DNA of 64,000 bases from an uncultured Oscillospiraceae bacterium. GTDB lineage: Bacteria > Bacillota > Clostridia > Christensenellales > CAG-138. The position numbers and the translations under genes were made by a program. This document shows, piece after piece, positions 39,325-48,833 of this stretch. The notes below the pieces were generated by a model, which saw only the letters and a program-made list of their open reading frames with translations, made no database searches and was not told the origin of the DNA. Location of the stretch: positions 3,288 through 67,287 of the forward strand of contig CAZXRQ010000001.1 of the NCBI GenBank assembly GCA_964642795.1, given 5' to 3'. Numbering within the stretch: position 1 is the first letter of the stretch; the number at the start of each line of letters is the position of its first letter.

Positions 39325-40638
39325 ATGCGAATGGTGGATCTAATACTCAAGCAGCGCGAGGGCGGCGCTTTGACTCGCGAAGAACTGCGTTATATAGTAA
39401 GCGGCTTTGTGGCGGGAGACATTCCCGATTACCAGATGGCCGCATGGATGATGGCGCTGTGCTTTACCGGCATGGAAAAACAGGGCATAGCCGAGCTTAC
39501 TCTCGCCATGACGGAATCCGGCGATATGATAGACCTTTCGGATCTGCCCGGCGTAAAGGTGGATAAGCACTCCACCGGCGGCGTAGGCGATACCACAACG
39601 CTGGTAGTTGCGCCCCTTTGCGCGGCCTGCGGAGCTACCGTCGCTAAAATGAGCGGCAGAGGATTGGGGCACACCGGCGGTACGCTGGATAAGCTGGAGA
39701 GCATACCCGGCGTAAGCGTTATGCAGCCGATAGAACGCTTTAAACAGATAGTGAGGGAGATAGGCCTTTGCGTGATCGGCCAAACCGGTAATCTCGTGCC
39801 TGCGGATAAGCTGATGTACGCATTGCGCGACGTTACCGGCACCGTGGAGAGCATACCGCTGATGGCATCCAGCATAATGAGCAAAAAACTGGCCGCCGGC
39901 ACCGATGCCATAGTATTGGACGTTAAGGTGGGCAGCGGCGCGTTCATGCATACAGTGGAGGACGCTAAAAAGCTCGCACACACTATGGTAGATATCGGTG
40001 AACACCTCGGCCGGCGTACCGTCGCGCTGATAACCGATATGAATCAGCCGCTGGGCATGGCGGTAGGCAACGGGCTGGAGGTGCGCGAGGCGGTTGAGCT
40101 GCTTTCAGGCTGCGTGCCGGACACCGATCCGCTGTACGAGGTGTGTATGCTGCTGGCCTCCAATATGCTGATGCTTTCGAATATCGCATCCGATGAGGCG
40201 GAAGCGCGCACACTGTTAAAAAACGCATTGGACTCTGGAGCGGGACTTAACAAGCTGAAGCTGATGATAGCCTTGCTGGGCGGCGACGTTTCCTGCATCG
40301 CTGAGCCGGATCTGCTCTGCCGCGTGAAACGGCAGGTGCCGGTGATACCGGGCAAGGCCGGCTTTGTGGGAGATATGGACGCCGTGGGTATAGGCAATGC
40401 CGCGCAGATGCTTGGCGCAGGACGTGCAACCAAAATGGATGTTATAGACCCTGCCGTAGGGCTTGTGATGCAAAAGCGCCGTGGAGACGCCATACGCTTT
40501 GACGAGCCGGTAGCGGTTTTGTACGTAAACGACGAAACCAACCTTGACGCGGCGGCGGAGCTCGTCAAGACCTCGATAGAGATCGCGGATATGCCCGTGC
40601 AGCATGTGCCCATGATACATGCAGTGGTGAAGGGATAG
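39325..40638 (+). CDS. pdp: Pyrimidine-nucleoside (thymidine) phosphorylase
   Basis: MRMVDLILKQREGGALTREEL, KHSTGGVGD and SGRGLGHTGGTLDKLE are canonical Pdp/DeoA motifs. Confidence 0.92.
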   Translation: MRMVDLILKQREGGALTREELRYIVSGFVAGDIPDYQMAAWMMALCFTGMEKQGIAELTLAMTESGDMIDLSDLPGVKVDKHSTGGVGDTTTLVVAPLCAACGATVAKMSGRGLGHTGGTLDKLESIPGVSVMQPIERFKQIVREIGLCVIGQTGNLVPADKLMYALRDVTGTVESIPLMASSIMSKKLAAGTDAIVLDVKVGSGAFMHTVEDAKKLAHTMVDIGEHLGRRTVALITDMNQPLGMAVGNGLEVREAVELLSGCVPDTDPLYEVCMLLASNMLMLSNIASDEAEARTLLKNALDSGAGLNKLKLMIALLGGDVSCIAEPDLLCRVKRQVPVIPGKAGFVGDMDAVGIGNAAQMLGAGRATKMDVIDPAVGLVMQKRRGDAIRFDEPVAVLYVNDETNLDAAAELVKTSIEIADMPVQHVPMIHAVVKG

Positions 40639-40725
40639 CCCGGCTCCGCACACTGTTTACCCACTGTTTACGCATATCGGCCGGGCACGGGTGTACCATA
40701 TACGAATAAGCGGGGTGATACTTTT

Positions 40726-43278
40726 TTGAACAAGCTTATAGCAATAGACGGCAACAGTCTTATGCACAGGGCGTATTGGGCGCTTCCGGGCATGAGCGCG
40801 AAAAACGGCGCGCCGACCGGCGCGATATACGGCTTTATCAGTATGCTGCTCAAGCTGCTGCCGTACCAGCCTGCATATATGGCGGTTGCGTTTGATACGC
40901 ATACGCCCACGTTTCGGCATGAGCAGTACACCGAATACAAGGCGGGGCGCAAGCCCACGCCGGATGATCTGCGCGCGCAGTTTCCGCTGATAAAGCGTCT
41001 GCTGGTCGATATGGGTATAGCGGTCATCGAATGCGATCGCTACGAGGCGGACGACATAATCGGCACGCTTGCGCGCCGCGCTTCCGAACGCGGCATGGAT
41101 GCGCTGCTGGTCACGGGCGACCGTGATGCGCTGCAGCTGATCGATCCGCACATACATGTGCTTATGACCAAAAAGGGCATAACCGATACCGTCGAATATG
41201 ACGAAGCGGAGCTGATGAAGCAATATGGCGTTACGCCCTCGCATATGGTAGATCTCAAGGGGCTCATGGGCGACGGATCGGACAACCTGCCCGGGATACC
41301 AGGCGTGGGGGAGAAGACCGCGCTAAAGCTGCTTGAAAAATACGGCAGCATGGAAAACGTGCTGGCTAACGCTCAAAACGAAAGCGGCGCGCTGCGCCAA
41401 AAGCTGGAGCAAAACGGGGATTCCGCCCGCATGAGTTATAAACTCGGAATAATCGATACCGATGCGCCGATAACCGAGACACTGGACGACTGCGTGTTTT
41501 GCCCTGCCTCAATGGCAGGCGGCGTGCCTATTATGCGGGAGCTGGAGCTGCGCAGCCTTATAGGCAGACTCCCCGCAGGCGATGTGCCCGCTGTTAGCGC
41601 AGAACACGCCGCACCCAAGTGCGCTCGTATAGAGGACGAACAGGCGCTGCTGCGGCTTGTAAAGCAGCTCAAAAGTGCCCAGAGCATAGCGCTATGTTTT
41701 GGAGACACGCTGCTTTTGGCCACAGGGCCGGCGGAGCAATACGAGGTAGTGCTGGGCGCGACTCTGCTGGACAGCGGACTGTCCGAGCAGCAGGTTATTG
41801 GGACGCTGGCGGATATATTTAGCGACGGCAGCATAAATAAGCTGGTGTTTGATGCAAAGCAGGTCATGCATCTGCTTACGCGTTACGATGCCGGACTTAA
41901 CGGCGTTAAATACGACGCCATGATATGCGATTATCTGCTTCATGCCACGCACCCTGCAAGCTCGCTAAAAACATTGTGCGAGGAGCGTTTGCGGCTGCCC
42001 GCAGGCGCGTCACAGCTATACATGCTTATGGAAAAGGAGCTTATAGAGCTGGACGCAAAGGGCATGGGCGGGCTGTACCGCGATATGGAGCTGCCGATTA
42101 TGCGAGTGCTGTTTGATATGGAACGCATAGGCTTTGCGGTGGATACTCAGATGCTGGAGCAGCTGCGCACGGACTTTGACGCGCGCATAGCCAAGACGGA
42201 AAAGCGTATATACGAGCTGGCCGGCGAGCAATTCAACATACTGTCCACCAAACAGCTTGGCGCGGTGCTGTTTGATAAGCTCGGCTTACCGCCGCAGAAA
42301 AAAACCAAATCCGGCTATTCTACTGATGCAGAGGTGCTGGACACGCTTTTAGACAAGCACGAGATAGTGCCGCTTATACAGGAATACCGCTTTTTATCCA
42401 AGCTCAAGAGCACGTTTCTCGATGGGCTTATTGCAATGACCAAAAACGGCCGCGTGCATACCCGCTTCAATCAAAACGTGACCGCGACAGGCCGTATATC
42501 CAGCGCGGAGCCCAACTTGCAGAATATACCCGTGCGCACGGAAATGGGGCGGGAGATACGACGGGCATTCATAGCAAGCCCCGGCAACCTGCTTGTGGGC
42601 GCTGACTATTCGCAGATAGAGCTAAGACTGCTTGCGCATATGAGCGGCGACAGCCGCATGATAGCGGCGTTCAATTCGGGCGACGACATACACGCGCGCA
42701 CCGCAAGCGAGGTGTTCGGCGTACCGCTGGGCTCTGTAACGGGCACGCAGCGCAGCGCGGCTAAGGCCGTCAACTTCGGCATAGTATACGGCATAAGCGA
42801 TTTTGGCCTTGCGCGCAATTTGGGCATATCCCGCAAACAGGCGGGAGAATACATCGATTCCTATTTTGCACGATACACCGGCGTGCGCGACTATATGAAG
42901 TCCTGCGTGGAAAACGGGAAAAAGAAGGGCTATGCGGAAACGCTTATGGGCCGCAGACGCGAGCTGCCGGAGCTCAATTCCGGCAACTACAATACCCGTT
43001 CGTTCGGCGAACGTGCTGCAATGAATATGCCTATACAGGGCACTGCCGCAGATATAATCAAGCTGGCGATGGTACGGGTGAGCGACCGGCTGTCGGCTGA
43101 GAGCCTCGATGCGCGACTCGTGCTTCAGATACACGACGAGCTGATAATCGATACCCCCGAAAAAGAGGTGGAACGCGTTAAAATGCTGTTAAGGGACTGC
43201 ATGGAAAACGTGATGCAGCTGGATGTGCCGCTTACTGCCGAGGTGAGCGCGGGGCACAGCTGGTATGATACAAAGTAG
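40726..43278 (+). CDS. polA: DNA polymerase I
   Basis: 5'-nuclease N-terminus (IAIDGNSLMHRAYWA, EADDIIGTLA). Pol motifs A DYSQIELRLLAH, B RSAAKAVNFGIVYG and C LQIHDELI. TTG start at 40726. Confidence 0.95.
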   Translation: MNKLIAIDGNSLMHRAYWALPGMSAKNGAPTGAIYGFISMLLKLLPYQPAYMAVAFDTHTPTFRHEQYTEYKAGRKPTPDDLRAQFPLIKRLLVDMGIAVIECDRYEADDIIGTLARRASERGMDALLVTGDRDALQLIDPHIHVLMTKKGITDTVEYDEAELMKQYGVTPSHMVDLKGLMGDGSDNLPGIPGVGEKTALKLLEKYGSMENVLANAQNESGALRQKLEQNGDSARMSYKLGIIDTDAPITETLDDCVFCPASMAGGVPIMRELELRSLIGRLPAGDVPAVSAEHAAPKCARIEDEQALLRLVKQLKSAQSIALCFGDTLLLATGPAEQYEVVLGATLLDSGLSEQQVIGTLADIFSDGSINKLVFDAKQVMHLLTRYDAGLNGVKYDAMICDYLLHATHPASSLKTLCEERLRLPAGASQLYMLMEKELIELDAKGMGGLYRDMELPIMRVLFDMERIGFAVDTQMLEQLRTDFDARIAKTEKRIYELAGEQFNILSTKQLGAVLFDKLGLPPQKKTKSGYSTDAEVLDTLLDKHEIVPLIQEYRFLSKLKSTFLDGLIAMTKNGRVHTRFNQNVTATGRISSAEPNLQNIPVRTEMGREIRRAFIASPGNLLVGADYSQIELRLLAHMSGDSRMIAAFNSGDDIHARTASEVFGVPLGSVTGTQRSAAKAVNFGIVYGISDFGLARNLGISRKQAGEYIDSYFARYTGVRDYMKSCVENGKKKGYAETLMGRRRELPELNSGNYNTRSFGERAAMNMPIQGTAADIIKLAMVRVSDRLSAESLDARLVLQIHDELIIDTPEKEVERVKMLLRDCMENVMQLDVPLTAEVSAGHSWYDTK

Positions 43279-43293
43279 GCGGATAATCAATCT

Positions 43294-43896
43294 ATGACAA
43301 TAGGCTTAACGGGAGGCATAGCCTCCGGCAAAACCGCGGTGGCACACAGACTTACGGAGCTTGGCGCATACGTTATCGATGCGGATGATGTGTATGCGGA
43401 GCTTGTGCGCCCCGGCGGGGAGCTGCTTGCCGCGTTGGCGCAGCGTTTCGGGGCTGACATAATTGCACCGGACGGCGCATTGGACCGCAGTAGACTGGCG
43501 GAGATAGTATTCTTTGATGGTGATAGCCGCGCTGAGCTTAACGCTATGACGCATCCGGCCATAATTGGAAAGATGCACGCGCTTGCGGCGGAATACCATA
43601 GCCTGCATTCAGGTGCGCCCGCTTTTTTGGATATGGCGCTGTTGATAGAATGCGGCGAGCAGACGAATGTGGATGAGGTATGGCTGGTTACGGCGCCGGA
43701 CGAGCTGCGCATAGCCCGCATGATGTTGCGGGACGGCTGTACGGAGATGCAGGCACGCGCGAGGATCGCTGCGCAAATGCCGCAGACCGATAAACTAAAA
43801 TATGCCGGCGTAATAATTGATAACGACGGCACGGTGGATGAGTTGATGGATAAAGTGGATGCGCTGTATGCGGCGCTTGTGGCGGATTATGAATGA
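43294..43896 (+). CDS. coaE: Dephospho-CoA kinase
   Basis: MTIGLTGGIASGKT P-loop and CoaE length. polA-coaE synteny is common. Confidence 0.9.
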   Translation: MTIGLTGGIASGKTAVAHRLTELGAYVIDADDVYAELVRPGGELLAALAQRFGADIIAPDGALDRSRLAEIVFFDGDSRAELNAMTHPAIIGKMHALAAEYHSLHSGAPAFLDMALLIECGEQTNVDEVWLVTAPDELRIARMMLRDGCTEMQARARIAAQMPQTDKLKYAGVIIDNDGTVDELMDKVDALYAALVADYE

Positions 43897-44500
43897 AAAG
43901 AAGGCTAAGCGTAAAAAACGAAAGAACAAGCTGACCCGCGCCGCCTGCATAGTTGCAGCGGGCGTGGTATTGGCGGCGGTGCTAATCGCCATGACATATA
44001 TCGCAGGGCGCGCACTGGATCGCCGTACGTATGCGCTCTATTATGCGCCGGAGATAATCGCAAGCGCGGACGAATATGGGCTGGACAGATACCTCGTGGC
44101 GGCGGTTATCCACTGCGAAAGCGGCAACCGCAGCGAGGTCGTATCACCCAAGGGCGCTGTGGGGCTTATGCAGATCATGCCGGATACCGGCGCATGGATA
44201 GCCGGGCAGCTTGACATGGCGGATTACGCCGAACAAAGGCTTACGGATCCCTTGCTCAATATCGAGCTGGGCTGCTGGTATTTGAACTTTCTGTTGAACA
44301 GATATGCCGGAAACAGGACCTGCGCGCTTGCTGCGTACAATGCGGGCCCCGGCAATGTGGATAAGTGGCTGCAAGACCCGGAATACTCCCGGGACGGCGA
44401 GCTGACGCACATTCCTTTTGCGGAAACGGAAAAATATTTGGACAGGATCGAGCGTGCATATGATAAATATACGCAATTATATCAAGAGGAACTGGGTTAG
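43889..44500 (+). CDS. Lytic transglycosylase (SLT domain), membrane-anchored
   Basis: Basic N-terminus plus a TM helix. SLT motifs AVIHCESGN and AVGLMQIMPDTG, with AYNAGPGNV. 8-nt overlap with coaE. Confidence 0.85.
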   Translation: MNEKKAKRKKRKNKLTRAACIVAAGVVLAAVLIAMTYIAGRALDRRTYALYYAPEIIASADEYGLDRYLVAAVIHCESGNRSEVVSPKGAVGLMQIMPDTGAWIAGQLDMADYAEQRLTDPLLNIELGCWYLNFLLNRYAGNRTCALAAYNAGPGNVDKWLQDPEYSRDGELTHIPFAETEKYLDRIERAYDKYTQLYQEELG

Positions 44501-46085
44501 GGTACTTGCGCTGGCGGTGGCCCTGATGGCTGTGCCACTGTGCGGCTGTTCCGGCGATGAGACCGTAGAGGAAGCGCCGCTGGTGCTGCCTACGCCGGAG
44601 CCGGATCCTCAGCCTGCCAGCGGCGGCGGGCTCATACTGCCCATGCCGGAGAATGCAGACATTTCCGATCCGTATCTTGTAAATACGGAGGAGATGCTTT
44701 CGCTCTATTCGATGGTATATGAGGGCCTGCTGCGTATAGATTCAACGGGCCAGCTGACAGCGCTGCTTGCGGAGACATGGTCTGTGGATGATGCCGGCTA
44801 TACATGGACGCTGACTCTGCGAACGGCGCGCTGGCACAACAGCGATACGCGGCTTACCGCATCCGATGTGGTGTACAGCTTTGAGCGTTTGTCGGCCATG
44901 GAGACCAGCTACTACTCAACGATAATCGAGGATATCGAAAGCATAAGTACGGTGGACAACTATACAATCAGCGTAAAGATGAAGCACAAAGGCGTGAGCG
45001 CCCTGTATTCGCTGATATTTCCTATACTGCCGGCAGGCTCCTCAGACGGTCTGCCCGCAGGAACTGGCCCGTATATAATCGAACATGCCTCAAGCGAGCG
45101 TATATCGCTCAGCGCAAACGAGGACTGGTGGCGGCAGCGGGCATATATAGACACCGTGATATTTTTGGCCAGAGATAATACCGAGACTGCGCTTGCTTCA
45201 TATGAGGCCGGTCAGCTCAACATGGTGCCTACAAGTTTGGTATCCGCCGGCCGGTACCGCAGCGAGGGCGTTACAAATGTGCTGGATATTATGACGCAGA
45301 CCTGCGAAATGATAATGATAAACGATTCTGCGGAGCTGTTGAAGAATGTTAAGGTGCGAAAGGCCATTGCCTATGCGCTGGACAGGAGCGCAATAATCAC
45401 CGCTGCCTACATGAACCGCGCGCAGGCATCGGATGTGCCGATAGCGCCGGATTCATGGCTGTATGACAGCACTAGCAAGGTATATGATTATAATCTGGTC
45501 ACGGCGCAGACGCTGCTTACGGAGGTCGGATGGTCGGATATAGACGGCGACGGCAAGCTCGAACGTGAAGGACGCGACTATGACGAGCTATCGCTTACAC
45601 TGCTGGTAAGTTCATCATCGGATACGGCGCGGCAGAGCGCCGCGCAGCTTATCGCGTCGCAGCTGGGGGAGATAGGCATTACCGTGGATGTGGTCAGCGC
45701 GGCGTTTTCCATCGGAGATGAGAGCAGCGAGTATGTAAGTATGCTCAAGTCAGGCAGCTTTGATATAGCTTTGATAGGGGTAAACATGGGGCGCGACTGC
45801 GACCTGAGCGCTATTGTCAACCGTGATGGAGAGCGCAACTACGGCCGGTTTACCAACGCATATCTCGAAACGCTAGTGCAAACTGTGAATACTGCAGCCG
45901 ACGAAGAGTCGTTCAAATTGGCAGCTGCAGAGCTGCAACAGGCGCTGATATCGGATATGCCGTTCATAACGCTGTACTTCAGGCAAAACAGTATCGTGTA
46001 TTCTGCCGAAATACAGGGCTTGACGGATGTGCGCGAACCCGATATATTCAGAACCATATCCAAGTGGTATATAAACGTTGAATAA
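44460..46085 (+). CDS. ABC transporter substrate-binding lipoprotein, family 5 (peptide/nickel type), orphan
   Basis: Lipobox AVPLCGC and family-5 SBP size and layout. The start is uncertain: 44460 gives a 41-nt overlap with the upstream gene. Confidence 0.7.
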   Translation: MINIRNYIKRNWVRVLALAVALMAVPLCGCSGDETVEEAPLVLPTPEPDPQPASGGGLILPMPENADISDPYLVNTEEMLSLYSMVYEGLLRIDSTGQLTALLAETWSVDDAGYTWTLTLRTARWHNSDTRLTASDVVYSFERLSAMETSYYSTIIEDIESISTVDNYTISVKMKHKGVSALYSLIFPILPAGSSDGLPAGTGPYIIEHASSERISLSANEDWWRQRAYIDTVIFLARDNTETALASYEAGQLNMVPTSLVSAGRYRSEGVTNVLDIMTQTCEMIMINDSAELLKNVKVRKAIAYALDRSAIITAAYMNRAQASDVPIAPDSWLYDSTSKVYDYNLVTAQTLLTEVGWSDIDGDGKLEREGRDYDELSLTLLVSSSSDTARQSAAQLIASQLGEIGITVDVVSAAFSIGDESSEYVSMLKSGSFDIALIGVNMGRDCDLSAIVNRDGERNYGRFTNAYLETLVQTVNTAADEESFKLAAAELQQALISDMPFITLYFRQNSIVYSAEIQGLTDVREPDIFRTISKWYINVE

Positions 46086-46108
46086 CGTTTTGCATTTTAG
46101 GGGGTAGA

Positions 46109-46717
46109 ATGTTCGAACTTGTTTTAGGACTGCTGATACTTGCCATAGACCTGTGCACAAAGGCGCTGGCTGCTCATTGGTTGCCAACGCTGACCGGATC
46201 CACCTTTACGGTTATCGAAGGTGTGTTCAGCTTCACATATGTAAAAAACTACGGAGCTGCATTCGGTATAATGCAGGATGCGCGCTGGTTTTTCATAGTT
46301 GCTACGGTGGCCGTATGCGCTGTGATAGGCTATGTGCTTATACACGACTATACCAAGCTGCACCGGCTTATGCGGATAGCGCTTGCGCTGATACTTACTG
46401 GGGCTGTGGGTAATTTTGTTGACCGCGTGATGCTGGGCTATGTTCGCGATATGCTGTACTTTTCGCTGATAGATTTTCCGGTATTTAACGTTGCGGACAG
46501 CGCGCTGACCATTGGCTGCGCCATAATGATACTTGATCTGCTTTTCGGTAAGGGCAGAAAGCTGCTCGACGACAGACAGGAAAAAAAGACGGCCTCAGCA
46601 GATGAAAGCGAATCGGTCGATGAAACAAACAGCGAAACAAAAGCTGACAACCGTTCCGAGCCGGACAAAGCCGAAGCGCCGCACGACGATGCCGACGTGG
46701 AGAAAAAGGATGAGTGA
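46109..46717 (+). CDS. lspA: Lipoprotein signal peptidase II with ~55-aa acidic C-terminal extension
   Basis: Motifs NYGAAFG and FNVADSALTIG. Extra tail LLDDRQEKKTASADESESVDETNSE...DDADVEKKDE. Confidence 0.9.
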   Translation: MFELVLGLLILAIDLCTKALAAHWLPTLTGSTFTVIEGVFSFTYVKNYGAAFGIMQDARWFFIVATVAVCAVIGYVLIHDYTKLHRLMRIALALILTGAVGNFVDRVMLGYVRDMLYFSLIDFPVFNVADSALTIGCAIMILDLLFGKGRKLLDDRQEKKTASADESESVDETNSETKADNRSEPDKAEAPHDDADVEKKDE

Positions 46718-47678
46718 CATTTCCGAAGAAAGCGGAATGCGCGAACTGACCGCCCTCGCGGATAAGGCCGGAGAGCGGCTGGACGTATTCTCTGCGCGCG
46801 TTTCGCTTGAGACGCGCGCTTTTGTACAAAGGCTGATAGATGAGGACAATGTATCCGTAAATGGCCGATCCTGCCGCGTAGGACAGAAGCTGAAGCCGGG
46901 CGACCGCGTGGATATCACCATACCGCCGCCCGCCGTTACGGACATACTGCCAGAGAATATACCGCTGAGTATCGTGTATGAGGATGGCGACATTGCCGTA
47001 ATAGATAAACCCAAGGGTATGGTGGTGCATCCAGCGCCGGGCAACGAGACGGGCACGCTGGTAAACGCACTGCTGTACAGTCTAAACAGCCTCTCCGGAG
47101 TTGGGGGGGAGATACGCCCGGGTATAGTACACCGTATCGATAAGCTGACCAGCGGGCTGATGGTCGTAGCAAAAAACGACCGCGCACACAATGCGCTTGC
47201 GCTGCAAATGAAGGAGCACACGGCCCACAGGACGTATGTGGCGCTGGTGGAGGGCAACATAAAAGAGGACAGCGGCCGGGTGGATGCGCCCATAGGCCGC
47301 AGTCCCACGGACAGAAAGCGCATGGCGGTGACGCAGAACGGACGCAATGCGGCTACACGATACACGGTGCTTTACCGTTTTGGCGAGCTGACGCTTATTG
47401 CGGCCATGCTGGAGACCGGGCGAACGCATCAGATCAGGGTGCATATGTCGCACATAAAGCACCCGCTGGCCGGCGATACGCTGTACGGCCGCGCCAAGCC
47501 GCTGCTGGGATTGGATGGACAGGCGCTTCATGCTGCGCGGCTGACGCTTACACACCCGTCCACGGGGGAGCGCATGAGCTTCTATGCGCCGCTGCCGGAT
47601 TGGTTTGTTGCCGCGCTTGACCGTGCAGGCTATGCCGGCGAGACCGACGTACGCTTACTGCTGCCTCCGGAGGAATAG
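46710..47678 (+). CDS. rluD: RluD-family 23S rRNA pseudouridine synthase
   Basis: S4-like N-terminus (RLDVF...VSVNGRSCRVGQKLKPGDRVDI). Catalytic HRIDKLTSGLMVVAKN. ATG 46710 overlaps the lspA stop by 8 nt, and the longer track ORF is an in-frame artefact. Confidence 0.9.
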   Translation: MSDISEESGMRELTALADKAGERLDVFSARVSLETRAFVQRLIDEDNVSVNGRSCRVGQKLKPGDRVDITIPPPAVTDILPENIPLSIVYEDGDIAVIDKPKGMVVHPAPGNETGTLVNALLYSLNSLSGVGGEIRPGIVHRIDKLTSGLMVVAKNDRAHNALALQMKEHTAHRTYVALVEGNIKEDSGRVDAPIGRSPTDRKRMAVTQNGRNAATRYTVLYRFGELTLIAAMLETGRTHQIRVHMSHIKHPLAGDTLYGRAKPLLGLDGQALHAARLTLTHPSTGERMSFYAPLPDWFVAALDRAGYAGETDVRLLLPPEE

Positions 47679-47681
47679 CGG

Positions 47682-48326
47682 ATGGAAAAGCGCGGAGCAA
47701 AGCTGGAAAAACTAAAACGGCTGATACTTCCGGCCTGCTTGTTCGGGTTTTGCGTTGCGCTGTATTTCCTTACTGCGCCTAAAGGCTCCAGAAGCGTGCA
47801 GACTTCCGACGGCTATACGACGAAAGTCTTCGTGGCGACCGGCAGCTTTTTGCCTACTGCTGTGCCCTCGTACAGCTTTATGGATATCGCGCTGGAGAAC
47901 GGCTTTTCTGGCGAGCTTGTGCAGACCGGCATTGGAGCCGCCGAAATAGCTTACGATGTTGCACGCGAAGGCGGCGGCGCGGCGCAGCTCCTGCTGAAGC
48001 TGGAGGAAGGCGCAGTGTATGCTGTGCAGCTTACAGCCGTCCGCCCTGAGGAACAGGTGGCCAATTCCGTTATAAGGGCTGAGCTGCTTATGGGCTGCTC
48101 ATATGACGAATATGTTCAATGGCTGGAGAACTGTACATCGGCGCTTGCTTGTGCGCTAAATGCGGGCATTGACGCTGCCGGCTGTTCGGATATTGCTGAA
48201 TGTCTGCGGCTCACGGCAGACGATGGGGAACGGCGTGATATCGCATTGAACGGGCTTTCTGCGACGATATCCATTAACACTATGGCTGATCCCGAGCTGC
48301 TTTGCATCTGGCTGGAGCTGGTGTAA
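47682..48326 (+). CDS. Membrane-anchored hypothetical protein
   Basis: 214 aa with a single N-terminal TM helix. It starts 3 nt after rluD. No recognisable motif. Confidence 0.5.
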   Translation: MEKRGAKLEKLKRLILPACLFGFCVALYFLTAPKGSRSVQTSDGYTTKVFVATGSFLPTAVPSYSFMDIALENGFSGELVQTGIGAAEIAYDVAREGGGAAQLLLKLEEGAVYAVQLTAVRPEEQVANSVIRAELLMGCSYDEYVQWLENCTSALACALNAGIDAAGCSDIAECLRLTADDGERRDIALNGLSATISINTMADPELLCIWLELV

Positions 48327-48368
48327 AAAACAGAAATCCGAAAGGAACGTAAATATTGTCATAAAGTA

Positions 48369-48397
48369 TTGAAATAACACACAAGCTATTGTATAAT
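48369..48397 (+). promoter_or_regulatory. Near-consensus sigma-A promoter for zapA (TTGAAA-17-TATAAT)
   Basis: -35 TTGAAA at 48369-48374, an exact 17-nt spacer, and -10 TATAAT at 48392-48397. It lies in an AT-rich gap. Confidence 0.65.
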
Positions 48398-48436
48398 AAT
48401 AAAAACATAAGTACAATATGTATTGGTGGTGTGGTT

Positions 48437-48760
48437 ATGGAGAAAACGCATACAAAGGTGCGCATAGCCGGGCAGGATTTCAGGCTTACCGGCGACAACA
48501 GCGAGGAATATATTCAACGGCTTGCAGAGTTCGTTAATAACCGTATTAGCGAGATGCAGCAGACCTATCCCAAGCTTAGCACAATGGACTGCGCGCTGCT
48601 TGCGTCCCTTAATATTGCCGATGAGCTCCACCAGCTTAAAGCCGAATATGACGCAATGGATACGCGTATATCCGCCCTTCGCGACCTGCCGCACAAGAGT
48701 GTGCCGGCCGCCCCGGTAAAGCGTCCGTTCGAAACGCGGGAGCCGGTTACCACAAAATAA
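48437..48760 (+). CDS. zapA: Cell division protein ZapA
   Basis: KVRIAGQDFRLTGDNSEEYIQRLAEFVNNRISEM followed by LNIADELHQLK is typical of ZapA. Confidence 0.85.
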   Translation: MEKTHTKVRIAGQDFRLTGDNSEEYIQRLAEFVNNRISEMQQTYPKLSTMDCALLASLNIADELHQLKAEYDAMDTRISALRDLPHKSVPAAPVKRPFETREPVTTK

Positions 48761-48833
48761 CGGCGCGGATCTTTATACGGCTTGGGACGGAAGCGCCCGG
48801 GCCGTTTTGTAGTTTAATGGGAGGATATATAGG

